From Thermoguttaceae bacterium (GTDB taxonomy: Bacteria > Planctomycetota > Planctomycetia > Pirellulales > Thermoguttaceae): a DNA stretch of 64,000 nucleotides. Of the stretch, positions 19,501 to 27,635 are shown one piece after another. How positions within the stretch are numbered: the stretch's first letter is position 1; each line of letters begins with the position of its first letter. The stretch covers positions 20,322 to 84,321 of the forward strand of contig JAVBPO010000054.1 of the NCBI GenBank assembly GCA_031549565.1, written 5' to 3'. The notes under the pieces are model-generated. The model saw only the letters and a list, made by a program, of their open reading frames with translations. It did not search any database and was not told the DNA's origin. A program made the translations under genes and the position numbers.

Positions 19501-19604
19501 TCGAACGGCAAACGGAGGATTTTTTGCAGTACGGTTTCTTCGGCAACGACCGCGCCGGTCAAGCCGAGAACAACGAAAACGATTCCCCAAAAGCGAGGGT
19601 TCAT
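16542..19604 (-). CDS. Secreted DUF1080/LamG-like + TolB-type beta-propeller protein with three C-terminal CxxCH motifs (hydrazine-synthase-alpha-like architecture)
   Basis: 1020-aa ORF with a signal peptide. The N-domain ending 'GSIGIRPWTMSVAFRNLRV' is DUF1080-like. PD40-type 'LSFDAKTLFFSYRK..WNLWKIGVDGTGLTRLTD'. 'YFKVPALREIYFQILDDQGRELHRMTS..PGETLGCVGCHE', 'CVSCHTGEK', 'CAECHGP'. Confidence 0.85.
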   Translation of the reverse strand: MNPRFWGIVFVVLGLTGAVVAEETVLQKILRLPFEPVVGDSPFARFEKYDGIWLPQKDGSLLAKPGQGPKLVLADPEYRNLREGTASVELNFPERSSGVAGLIIKVSDCGIGADNFNGLEIALNPERNILLLGAHRQNFQHLRDVPYEIPVGQWIKLETRFTETGFEVSIDGKKVAGFADPNMSPGDPLRRGSIGIRPWTMSVAFRNLRVDGKPIPFDLKDRESVDTARAYPETLTVEQLPPIAVLLRYPLGSPYAVALDLWQSQPRKSGCEIRIVEPANPETPPRTIFADPDGCIYDMNLSFDAKTLFFSYRKMSDKHWNLWKIGVDGTGLTRLTDAPFYDVSPCELPDGDLVFVSTRRFGHTVCQPGPSSNLFRMKPDGSDITCVSMNTLSDFSPQMLPDGRVLFTRWEYIDRDLTYRQSLWTQNPDGTSYQLFFGNTIRDVGTFWQARPLPGRTDEVVATFAPHHGFPHGAIGLIDRSFGVEAEKNRGFTYLTKDFSVIADHAREWSYRDPFPLSEETFLCSYGSTEPTVFDSNHDPRFRVFLLNRDGEKRLLYEDAAMSCFFPIPLLAQPKPMQVAPKANDLESGVGPTAGEQGAVLLVDVYKGIELVIPRGSVKSLRIMEQIRKTEDLTNRAFDQSPVMSYGTYYAKRDWGTVPVEADGSAYFKVPALREIYFQILDDQGRELHRMTSAVQLMPGETLGCVGCHESRDTAPPIMKENDQTQKQPLAAARSAQTPQLPPWTKTLARTNPYLDPGIVDYPSVVQPVLDKYCVSCHTGEKADGGYDLTGDKTRFFSMSYDNLLGKSRSYRQHDMETGDLTPQAAAQEKPLVHFYWLLWTPTAVHRPFQSGSFASRLADYVESDHCGQTIPLEDRQRIYLWIDANVPYYGTYANSRPFSPGLRDRWSDPKTGQYADWFRSGFLPVYKAKCAECHGPMDTTTDWEGRYAWINLSRPEQSAALTAHLPKSLGGRALPKFTLESQEDSDYQTMLQAIRKGREIMLQTPEADMDAFPGARTEP

Positions 19605-19637
19605 AATTGATGCGGTGTTTTGAGGTGTCGAGCTGAG

Positions 19638-19770
19638 TTTCCTGGGACCGCAGGCATCTTGCCTGCACCTGGTTCAGCGGGCTTCCAGCCCGCGGCACGA
19701 AACAGAAAGACACCCTGCAAACGGTGCCCGACCGCCCAGAGGCAGGCTGGAAGCCTGCGGTCCCAGGAAA
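19638..19770. repeat. 133-nt element with 18-bp perfect terminal inverted repeats between the two tri-CxxCH paralogs
   Basis: TTTCCTGGGACCGCAGGC (19638-19655) / GCCTGCGGTCCCAGGAAA (19753-19770). Internal second pair GGCTTCCAGCC (19680-19690) / GGCTGGAAGCC (19745-19755). Confidence 0.8.
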
Positions 19771-19779
19771 ATGAAAAAT

Positions 19780-22700
19780 TTAATTCTCCTCAAAAAACGT
19801 TACCAAATCGCGACGCGGAAACTTTTTCGCTTTCTCCACGGCCTTGTCGACCGTTTCGAGCAGCGTTTTGTAGTCGGCGTCGTTTTCGTTTTGGTAAACC
19901 GCTTTCCCGCATTTGCCGGACGCAAGCGGGGCGGCGAGGAATAGGCTGTTACGCGGTTGTTTCAAGTCGATCCAGTCGAGCCGTGAGACCTCCGCAGGAT
20001 TGTGACACTCCGCGCAGCGTTTCTCGTGGACCGCGGTGATTTGGCCGAGCAATTCCTTGTCGGTCGTAAAATCGTACGGCGGATGCTCCGGTCGGGAATT
20101 GACGAATCGGTCGTGATACTGCGCGTTCGCATCGATCCAAGTCGTTAAGCGATACCAGTCTTCCGTTCCGGGTTGGATTCCGGTTCCGCATCGGCCGCTG
20201 AGAATCACGTCGATCAGCTTGCTTTTCGTCGAACCGAATTCCCGGGTCTTCGCGATCGAACTGGCCGGATCGTGCTTGTAGGAAAATGAAACGAGATTCT
20301 TTTCAACCATCGTCCGATACGCCCGATTCAGGCCGTCGAAGTGGAACACCTGGTACGGCGTCTGCATCGGGGCCGGTGGTGTCAAACCGGGCGAGAAGTC
20401 GATCCCGCCCGCCGGTTTCAGACCGGTATGACACGAAACGCAATGCTTGTCCAACACCGGCTGCACATCGACGAGGAAATTGATCGGTCGCTCGCTTCCC
20501 CACGGCGGCGGGGTCGGCGTCGACGGATCCCGTTTCATCGCCAAAGCCGGCGGATCGGCGGTCGGTGCGACGGAACGCGTTTCGTGACACCCGACACAAC
20601 TGCGACGTTCGCCCGGCTGGAAACTGATAAACGAACGCATCCGCTTGATTTCCCGCTTCTCTTGGTCGAGCAGTTGGAAATAGACGGACACGTCGCTCGG
20701 AACGTAAAACGACGCACTGCCGTCCTCTTCGACCGGAACTTCGCCGAAAATCAAAGCGGGCGCCCAGCTCAGGCCCCAGGAACTGCCGTCGACTTCGTAC
20801 CGTTGGCCGCCGGTTTCCTCCGTGTACGGCCAACCGATCCGCCGGGCGACGCGGAGATACTTCACTTCGCTCCGATCGACGTCGTCGACGCCGAACGTGA
20901 TATCACTGACCGTGCAGACCGCCTTGTCGCCCAGTTCCGGCTCGCGGTTGTCCGGCAGAATCGGCGGACGCTTGCGGGCCTTGAGCGGAATCGGGTAAAC
21001 GGACGAAATCTCCGGATCTTTGTAGATCAACTCCTTGTTGCCGAACACGTCGATCAAGTACAACGCGTACCCGGTTTCGTCGTTGCCGCGAAACGAGTCG
21101 GGCATTCCCTGTGGAAACTCGTTGCTGTACGTATAAGCGACGAGGAAAAACTTGTCCGACAGCGGCCAGGGATTCATGTAATAACCGCCGTTGTCCGGAA
21201 CGCCCCCTTCGTCGACCGGGGTTCCGCTCATCCCCCCTTCCGGCGGGAGCGTGCCCGGCGTCACGATCTTGATCCCCTGCGACGAATTGAGCCCGATGCT
21301 CGGCGTCAGAATCACGACCGGTCCGGCGGCGAGCGTGTGATGCCCCGCTGCGATCGAAACGAATTTGCGAGCCGCTTGTTCCAGAGTCCCCAACGAGCCG
21401 GGAGCTATCGCTCCCGACCCGGCGTTGAATTGACTCGCGTACTTTGGGTCGGGGGCAATAGCCCCCGGCTCGTTCTGCGGGAGGAGATTCGGGATTTCCC
21501 GAGTTTCTTCCAGAGCCCAAGGGTTGTCCAAGTGTTGCTTAAAGAGCGCGTCGGCGCCGGTTCCGTCGGGACGAACATACCAGACCGACTGGAGCGTCGC
21601 CCAACCGCGTTCCTGATATTCCCAGCGGCAGTATCCGATCGTTCCGTCTTCGAGCACATGCGGCATATAATCGCCGTCTTTGTTATAACTGAGCCATCTC
21701 AGACCGCTTCCATCAGGTTTAACCGTGTAGAGATTGCACGACGTTTCGTCGTGGAACGGGCCGTTGTTGCACTGGAGTGAAAACCCGCAACGGTCCGATA
21801 CGAAAACGATTTCGTCGTTCGGCAGATAGTTCGGATCCAGATCGCTCCAGAACGGATCGTTGGTAATTTGCCGCACTCCGGAACCGTCCGCTCCGATTTC
21901 ATAAATGTGGATCGGCTCTTGCGAACAGCGAAGCTGGTGTCCGATCAAACGTTCTCCGCAGCCGGGCGGCGGCCAGTTTCCTTTTTCCGGAGTGAACGGA
22001 AAATCTTTCTGCGACGCGAATCCGAAGACGACTTTGTCCCCGTTCCAATGCAGATCGATTCCGCGAACGTGTCCGGGACCAAGCTGGTCGGAAATCAGGG
22101 AGCGGACTTGTTGCTTTTCGCCTTGGAACGGATCGTCCAGGACGCAAATGTCGCCGCCGGGACGCGAGACCCACGGCATATGGTTCAAACAGATGTCCGG
22201 ATACGTTTGCTGCGTGAAACGCTTGACGAAAAGGAGTTGGTCGAAATCGAGCAGCGGGTTGGAGAAGGAAAGATCACGAAGCAGACCGCGAACCTGAAAA
22301 TAAACGGCCTGATCGTGATTGTCGGCTTGCTTTTCCAGTTCCGCGAATTTTTGTAGCGATTCGTCGTCGTGGAGGAATGCGGCCAGTTTTTTACCCCGCT
22401 GGATGTATTCCAACGTGGGAAATTGATCCTTGAGTTTCTCCGAAATCGGTCCCTGTTTACGAACCGACCACATACTCAAGCTGCTTTGGTCGGCGGGGCG
22501 GTGAAGCGCGATGTTTTCGTCCGACGCTTCGGCGGCATAGATTTCGACTTCGTCCAAGTGGAGGAAAATCGGATCGTCGCTCGGAATCGTCAATTTGACA
22601 TACCGGGCATCGATCGGGGGATCGAATTTCACTTCGAGCGGTTTCTCCTTGGCGACGCCGCCGAAAAACTTGTTCGGATTCGCATACACTTTCGTCCAAT

Positions 22701-23088
22701 TATTGCCGTCGCCGGAGAGAAGAATCACAAGATTATCGGCGTTGTGCAATCCCGGTTCGTAATCAAGCCGGTTGTAGACGACGATCCGGGCAACCGGAAC
22801 GTTGTTTTCCAAGTCGACGGACCACCACGGGTTCGGCTCTTGGGCGGTGTGGAAGGCATACAAGCCGTTTTTGACGCCGTCGACCGCACCGGCGGCATCA
22901 TCGGAGGTTTTGACGCCCAGTGAGGCGGAATTCGCCAGTCCCGAAGGGTTTTGACGCCAACTTTCCGCCTGTCGGAGCCAGTCGGCTTCGATTTGTTCCC
23001 TTTCGGCTCCGAAAGCGACGCTCGCCGTCAGAGCTAATAGTAACAGAATTGTCGTTCGCATGGGTGAAAGATGGGCAAGAGGTTTCAA
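19780..23088 (-). CDS. Paralog of 16542..19604: F5/8-type-C (discoidin)-like domain + beta-propeller + three CxxCH motifs
   Basis: 1102-aa ORF; start may instead be MRTTILLL at 23061. 'GAVDGVKNGLYAFHTAQEPNPWWSVDLENNVPVARIVVYNR' is discoidin-like. 'FYVPSDVSVYFQLLDQEKREIKRMRS..PGERRSCVGCHE', 'CVSCHTGLK', 'CAECHNP'. Confidence 0.85.
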   Translation of the reverse strand: MKPLAHLSPMRTTILLLLALTASVAFGAEREQIEADWLRQAESWRQNPSGLANSASLGVKTSDDAAGAVDGVKNGLYAFHTAQEPNPWWSVDLENNVPVARIVVYNRLDYEPGLHNADNLVILLSGDGNNWTKVYANPNKFFGGVAKEKPLEVKFDPPIDARYVKLTIPSDDPIFLHLDEVEIYAAEASDENIALHRPADQSSLSMWSVRKQGPISEKLKDQFPTLEYIQRGKKLAAFLHDDESLQKFAELEKQADNHDQAVYFQVRGLLRDLSFSNPLLDFDQLLFVKRFTQQTYPDICLNHMPWVSRPGGDICVLDDPFQGEKQQVRSLISDQLGPGHVRGIDLHWNGDKVVFGFASQKDFPFTPEKGNWPPPGCGERLIGHQLRCSQEPIHIYEIGADGSGVRQITNDPFWSDLDPNYLPNDEIVFVSDRCGFSLQCNNGPFHDETSCNLYTVKPDGSGLRWLSYNKDGDYMPHVLEDGTIGYCRWEYQERGWATLQSVWYVRPDGTGADALFKQHLDNPWALEETREIPNLLPQNEPGAIAPDPKYASQFNAGSGAIAPGSLGTLEQAARKFVSIAAGHHTLAAGPVVILTPSIGLNSSQGIKIVTPGTLPPEGGMSGTPVDEGGVPDNGGYYMNPWPLSDKFFLVAYTYSNEFPQGMPDSFRGNDETGYALYLIDVFGNKELIYKDPEISSVYPIPLKARKRPPILPDNREPELGDKAVCTVSDITFGVDDVDRSEVKYLRVARRIGWPYTEETGGQRYEVDGSSWGLSWAPALIFGEVPVEEDGSASFYVPSDVSVYFQLLDQEKREIKRMRSFISFQPGERRSCVGCHETRSVAPTADPPALAMKRDPSTPTPPPWGSERPINFLVDVQPVLDKHCVSCHTGLKPAGGIDFSPGLTPPAPMQTPYQVFHFDGLNRAYRTMVEKNLVSFSYKHDPASSIAKTREFGSTKSKLIDVILSGRCGTGIQPGTEDWYRLTTWIDANAQYHDRFVNSRPEHPPYDFTTDKELLGQITAVHEKRCAECHNPAEVSRLDWIDLKQPRNSLFLAAPLASGKCGKAVYQNENDADYKTLLETVDKAVEKAKKFPRRDLVTFFEEN

Positions 23089-23279
23089 CTAAACTTTCAA
23101 GAATACGACCCATTCTATATTTTCGCTCCGGTGATTACAACAAGTCGCAAGACATTCCTCGGGTACACCCACGGCTCCCCACTGGACCTAAGGTGGAAAA
23201 TTCGATAAACTTTTCGGGAGGAAGCGGTTCCCGTGAGAAACGGGACTTTTTCACCCCCGCCAGGAAGTGACGAACGAAC

Positions 23280-26200
23280 ATGAAACATGAGCAGAAAACC
23301 GAAGTCCCGGATCGGGCCATCCAAGAGATTCTTGGGTACCTCAACTTTTCCTCCGGGGCGCGGGATGTTCGTTTTTTCGCTTCTCTAAGCCGGGCTTTCC
23401 AGTTCGCCGCTCCTGAGCCGAACGAACCACGCTGGAAATGCGTCGTCGACGGCCTGCTCCAACGGCTTGATTCGTTTGCGGCTTCCGACGAGACTTTCAA
23501 GCAGTCCGAGCAGGCAAAACAAATTTTGGAATTTGTTCGGGATCGTTTTATCCGCGATTTCCGGGCGTTCCATGCCGATCTTCTGTTCCACCATACCGAC
23601 GATACGCTGGTCAACGCGTTTTTTCTGGCCCGGGTTTTCGAAGTGCTGCTTTCGTTGGACGCTTCCTGGGAGGAGCCGGACCAACTGTCGCAAACGGCGA
23701 TCGCACGGCTCAACGATCTGCTCGGATATCGGCCGATTCCGATTCTCGAAGGGGAAGAAAAACATCAGCCGAACCCTCATGAATGGGTTCCCCCGATTCC
23801 GCTCTATATTAAGGGCGCCGGAGTGGCTTTCGGTCGTTATCAAAAAATGGTGGAAAAAGCGATCCAGATTCTCAGCGAAGCCGACCCGAGTATCCTGCAC
23901 GATGCTTGGTTCGATCCGGAAAAGCTGGAAGAGCTCGTCCTTGATCCCCGGGCGTATGATTTCGATCATCCGGTCAACCGCCGTCCAAACTACCATTTCG
24001 GGACATGGGACATGAACACGATCGACAAAAACGGTTATTACACCCGCTTTGTCGTTCACCAGGTTACAATCGACGGAATTCTTCAGCGTTTTGAAACGGC
24101 GTACACCGGCGAATCGGAGGTTTCGACCGTTCCGCAGGAGGAAATTCTCTATGAAGCGGGCGCGGTTCTTGCCGGGACGATGCTGATGGGGTCCGGTGTA
24201 AGCGGGGACGGTCCGCAAGCCCACGATTCGTCGGTCACGCTCGCCGATCTTATGCCGCAAATCGCCGGATACCGCGACCGGTTCTACGAATCGCTGATTC
24301 AATGGGTTCCTGAATCCATGAAACCCCGCCTCAATCAGGAGCAATCGCGGCTTCACCAGCCGTTCGGCGGAGCACGGCAGGACCTGAACAAACGGCTCGC
24401 CAAACGCCGAGCGGACCAGTTGCAGCGGCTCCACCTCGCCCGGACGTTTGCCCGGATGGGGTATTTCGACGCCGCGAAACGGCAAACGGACATCATTTCG
24501 GTTGCGTCGGCCCGGATTTTGTGTCAAATCGATTGCTGGATCACGCAATCGCATTTCCTCGCCGACCGCGGCAAAGTTGCGGAAGCGGCGGCGTTGATTC
24601 CGCAAATGGAGGACCTGCTCAAACGGGGAATCGCGTGCGGGGCGTTGGTCGATCCTTGGACGATTCTCGGTTTCGGTGCCCAATACAGCCTTTTTCCGGC
24701 AATCGACAACAGCGTCCACGATCATCGGGTCGACGACATGATTCATCTGCTCGACGACATTTTCGACCTGTACAGTCGTCTTCAAAAAGAAGCGGCCGCG
24801 AGCGGAAACGGTGAAATTCAGGCGGAGCTTTCCGACAAGATGAGCGATCTGGCCGGATGGTGGGACCAGTTCGGCAGCACCGACGTTTCCAGCGTCGAAG
24901 GGTTTTCCGGTATGGCCGCGTGGGAGTCCGCCGCGATTGTCGCAACGGCTCTGGCCGCTTGGCACAAGGCGGGAACCGCCGCCGGAGACGTCGCGTTCTG
25001 GAGTCGGCACGTCGACCGCTTTAAGTCGCCCAAGGCGTACGTCCTCCTCGGAGAAGCGCTGCTGGACCAGCGGGATCCGGTCGCGTCCATGGCCTTGATG
25101 ATGCACTGGCTCAGTCAAACCTCGGAGATTCCGCTCGCCGAAGGGGATTACTCGTTCCACTCCATTGCCCTGCGCTGGATGGAGTCGCTCTGGAAAGATG
25201 AGAACACCGAAGACGAAAAAGGAACCCCCAAATCCGAAAATGGCAACGGAAAAACGCCGGATCACAAAGCGTTTTCGCCGATTGAGCCGGCCAAACGTTG
25301 GGAACTGACGAAAAAATTCTTCGATTTCATCGAAGTCAACGCCGACCTGTACTGGAACGTGCCGCAACTGGACTTGGATGCGAGCCTGTTCGAATCCGAC
25401 GGCTCCGGGGAAGCGTATCCCCAACCCTCGTCGCGACGGGACGGAAAAGGTCGCAACAAGAAAAAAGGGAAGGACAAATCGAACGACGATGAACAGACGG
25501 CGTTTCCCGATTCGCCGGAGAGCCATTTCGATTCGCTCTACAAAGACGTTCCTCCCGACGAGGACGACGAGCGGAAAGTCGGGATCGATCCGCTGTACAG
25601 CGCCGCGTACGAAAACGTCGTCTACAAGGATACCGCCGACGACGGATACGACGACGACACCATCGAAGGGGGCCCGGTATCGTTCAACGATTCGGACGAT
25701 TTCGAGTTGGCCGACGAAACGGAGCGGATCAGCGACCGGCTCGCATTCCTTGTCACGATTTTCAAACTCTGGAAATTCGCGTCCGCCAAATCCCCGATGC
25801 TCCACGGCGAATCGTCGGAAGTCGACGACACCAAATCGCGGCTGGAAATGTGGTTGGAACAAGCCCGGTCGATGCACCGCAAACTCCTGCAACTGCTCAA
25901 CCGCGCTTCGCAGTACAAGGTTCCCCCACCGCGCGGGACGCAGGAATCGCTCATGGAGTACGACCACCATCGGGGAACGAAGGAAATCCTGCTCGACCGG
26001 ATCGTCTGGACCGGCGTCGAAGCGGCCGACACCATCCTGTTCATGCAGTCGATCCTCGGCGATGCGCAGCCGATGGTCGACGCGACCCCCTGGCAGGAAG
26101 CGGTCAAATCCGTTTTCTCCGTCGTCTTCCGTAGCGACGTGAAGGAAGTCAAAAAACGCTGGTCGAAAATGCTCCGGCTCCTCTCGCGGGAAACGCTCCT

Positions 26201-27500
26201 TTACATTCCGACCTCCCGGGGCGGCAGCGCGGCGGAAATCGTCAAATGCCGCTGTTTGCAGCAAGTGATACTACGACTCCTGGAATACGGGCCGCGGCTC
26301 GGTTTGATTACGGAAACGTACCAACTGCTTGAAACGATCCAGACGATGGAGCAGACGCAGACGATGCGCCCCGGCGCGATCACCGAATTCGACCGGCTCG
26401 TCGAAACCGCGACCCGGGCGATCGCCAACTGTGTCGCCGAGTCCTCGAAATCCTGGCGCATCGCCAAAGACGACGAGCAGTTCGCGTCCGCCAATCACGC
26501 CCTGGTCGATTACCTCGAACGGCTGATCGAGCTGCTCCTGGCCAGTTGGCTTTCGCACAGCCGCCAGATTCGTATCTCGCCGGTGGAATCCTTGACCGAC
26601 CGAACCGTGTGGGACGAAATCAAAGCGTTCATCCAGCGGTACGGTCACGATATTTTCACACAGCAATTTATGGGTTTCGGCAATTTAAGGGCCGTACTGC
26701 ACCAAGGGGTGGAGAACTATCTTCATTCGCTCATGAAGATGAAAAACGAGGACGAAGACCTTGACACCGCCGTCCGTTTGATCGAGGATATGGAAGGCGG
26801 ACGCATCACGCTCCAGGACGCGACGTTCGCCTTGGAAGTGATTTTTGAATCGGTCGCCGAACATTATTCCGAATACATCGACTACAATAGCACCACGACT
26901 CATTCCGACAAAGGTGAAAAACTGTACATGCTGTTGGACATGCTGCGGGTTCTCACCGGGTACGAACGGATTTCATGGAACCTCAAGCCGGTCTACTGGG
27001 TCCACGACAGCATGATTCGTGCCAAATGCGTCGAAGCGGCCAACCTTTGGGAACGAGCCGTCGCCAAGCGAAGTTATAACGCCGCGGAAGAACATCTCAG
27101 GCACTACACGCGACTGAGCGAAAAGTACGGAATGTGGTTGCCGAGCGTTCACGAACGGCTGCAAGAGCGGTTCGTCCGTCCGCTCCAGATCGACCGGATG
27201 TGCGGGCTCGTCGCCGCCGCCGTGCGGGAAGCACGGGAAGACGGCCCGAAACCGACGTTCGCGGAACTGGAACGGCAGATCGAAATCTTCGCCCGGGAAC
27301 CGCTCGGCGTCGGGTACGAAATTCCCGAATGGTTGTCCTCGCTCCAGGAAGAAGTCATGTCGACACGGGTTGACGCCAAAGACGGCGAAACGGACAACGA
27401 CGCGTTCAACCCCACTCCGCACTTCCCGCAAATCCGCCTCTCCCGCAAGGACCTCGACAAACAAATCGACTCCTGGGGCAAACGAATAAGGTTTGTGTGA
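23280..27500 (+). CDS. Very large (1406 aa) predicted cytoplasmic helical protein with an internal acidic/basic disordered insert; no recognisable domain
   Basis: Uninterrupted 4.2-kb ORF with normal amino-acid composition, no signal peptide or TM, and no Walker, HExxH or nuclease motifs seen. The 959-aa antisense ORF is a shadow. Confidence 0.85.
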   Translation: MKHEQKTEVPDRAIQEILGYLNFSSGARDVRFFASLSRAFQFAAPEPNEPRWKCVVDGLLQRLDSFAASDETFKQSEQAKQILEFVRDRFIRDFRAFHADLLFHHTDDTLVNAFFLARVFEVLLSLDASWEEPDQLSQTAIARLNDLLGYRPIPILEGEEKHQPNPHEWVPPIPLYIKGAGVAFGRYQKMVEKAIQILSEADPSILHDAWFDPEKLEELVLDPRAYDFDHPVNRRPNYHFGTWDMNTIDKNGYYTRFVVHQVTIDGILQRFETAYTGESEVSTVPQEEILYEAGAVLAGTMLMGSGVSGDGPQAHDSSVTLADLMPQIAGYRDRFYESLIQWVPESMKPRLNQEQSRLHQPFGGARQDLNKRLAKRRADQLQRLHLARTFARMGYFDAAKRQTDIISVASARILCQIDCWITQSHFLADRGKVAEAAALIPQMEDLLKRGIACGALVDPWTILGFGAQYSLFPAIDNSVHDHRVDDMIHLLDDIFDLYSRLQKEAAASGNGEIQAELSDKMSDLAGWWDQFGSTDVSSVEGFSGMAAWESAAIVATALAAWHKAGTAAGDVAFWSRHVDRFKSPKAYVLLGEALLDQRDPVASMALMMHWLSQTSEIPLAEGDYSFHSIALRWMESLWKDENTEDEKGTPKSENGNGKTPDHKAFSPIEPAKRWELTKKFFDFIEVNADLYWNVPQLDLDASLFESDGSGEAYPQPSSRRDGKGRNKKKGKDKSNDDEQTAFPDSPESHFDSLYKDVPPDEDDERKVGIDPLYSAAYENVVYKDTADDGYDDDTIEGGPVSFNDSDDFELADETERISDRLAFLVTIFKLWKFASAKSPMLHGESSEVDDTKSRLEMWLEQARSMHRKLLQLLNRASQYKVPPPRGTQESLMEYDHHRGTKEILLDRIVWTGVEAADTILFMQSILGDAQPMVDATPWQEAVKSVFSVVFRSDVKEVKKRWSKMLRLLSRETLLYIPTSRGGSAAEIVKCRCLQQVILRLLEYGPRLGLITETYQLLETIQTMEQTQTMRPGAITEFDRLVETATRAIANCVAESSKSWRIAKDDEQFASANHALVDYLERLIELLLASWLSHSRQIRISPVESLTDRTVWDEIKAFIQRYGHDIFTQQFMGFGNLRAVLHQGVENYLHSLMKMKNEDEDLDTAVRLIEDMEGGRITLQDATFALEVIFESVAEHYSEYIDYNSTTTHSDKGEKLYMLLDMLRVLTGYERISWNLKPVYWVHDSMIRAKCVEAANLWERAVAKRSYNAAEEHLRHYTRLSEKYGMWLPSVHERLQERFVRPLQIDRMCGLVAAAVREAREDGPKPTFAELERQIEIFAREPLGVGYEIPEWLSSLQEEVMSTRVDAKDGETDNDAFNPTPHFPQIRLSRKDLDKQIDSWGKRIRFV

Positions 27501-27501
27501 T

Positions 27502-27634
27502 AGGAGGAGACAGGAGTCAGTAGTCAGTAGTCAGTAGTCAGTAGTCAGAAACCTCATTTCTTATTTGTCATTTCTCATTTGTTATTTGTTATTTTCCAGC
27601 AACCAATCCCTGGCTCCTGAATCCTGACTCCTCC
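27502..27634. repeat. Composite heptamer element: CAGGAGN -> GTAGTCA x4 -> ATTTNTN x7 -> reverse-complement CAGGAGN
   Basis: AGGAGAC AGGAGTC AGTAGTC x4 (27505-27546); AAACCTC ATTTCTT ATTTGTC ATTTCTC ATTTGTT ATTTGTT ATTTTCC (27549-27597); CTGGCTC CTGAATC CTGACTC CTCC (27610-27634). Ends 1 nt before the GH16 ATG. Confidence 0.9.
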
Positions 27635-27635
27635 C

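Noticed and set aside
23385-26264. 959-aa minus-strand ORF. Many other long antisense ORFs are similar, e.g. 1447..2184, 5788..6615, 6715..7911, 20341..21780, 38561..39943, 41417..42688, 54438..55727, 56430..57776, 58107..59399.
   Set aside because: Each lies fully inside a sense ORF that carries clear family motifs or better composition. Their translations are R/G/P/D/V-rich with no motifs, which is the typical stop-poor shadow frame of GC-rich coding DNA.
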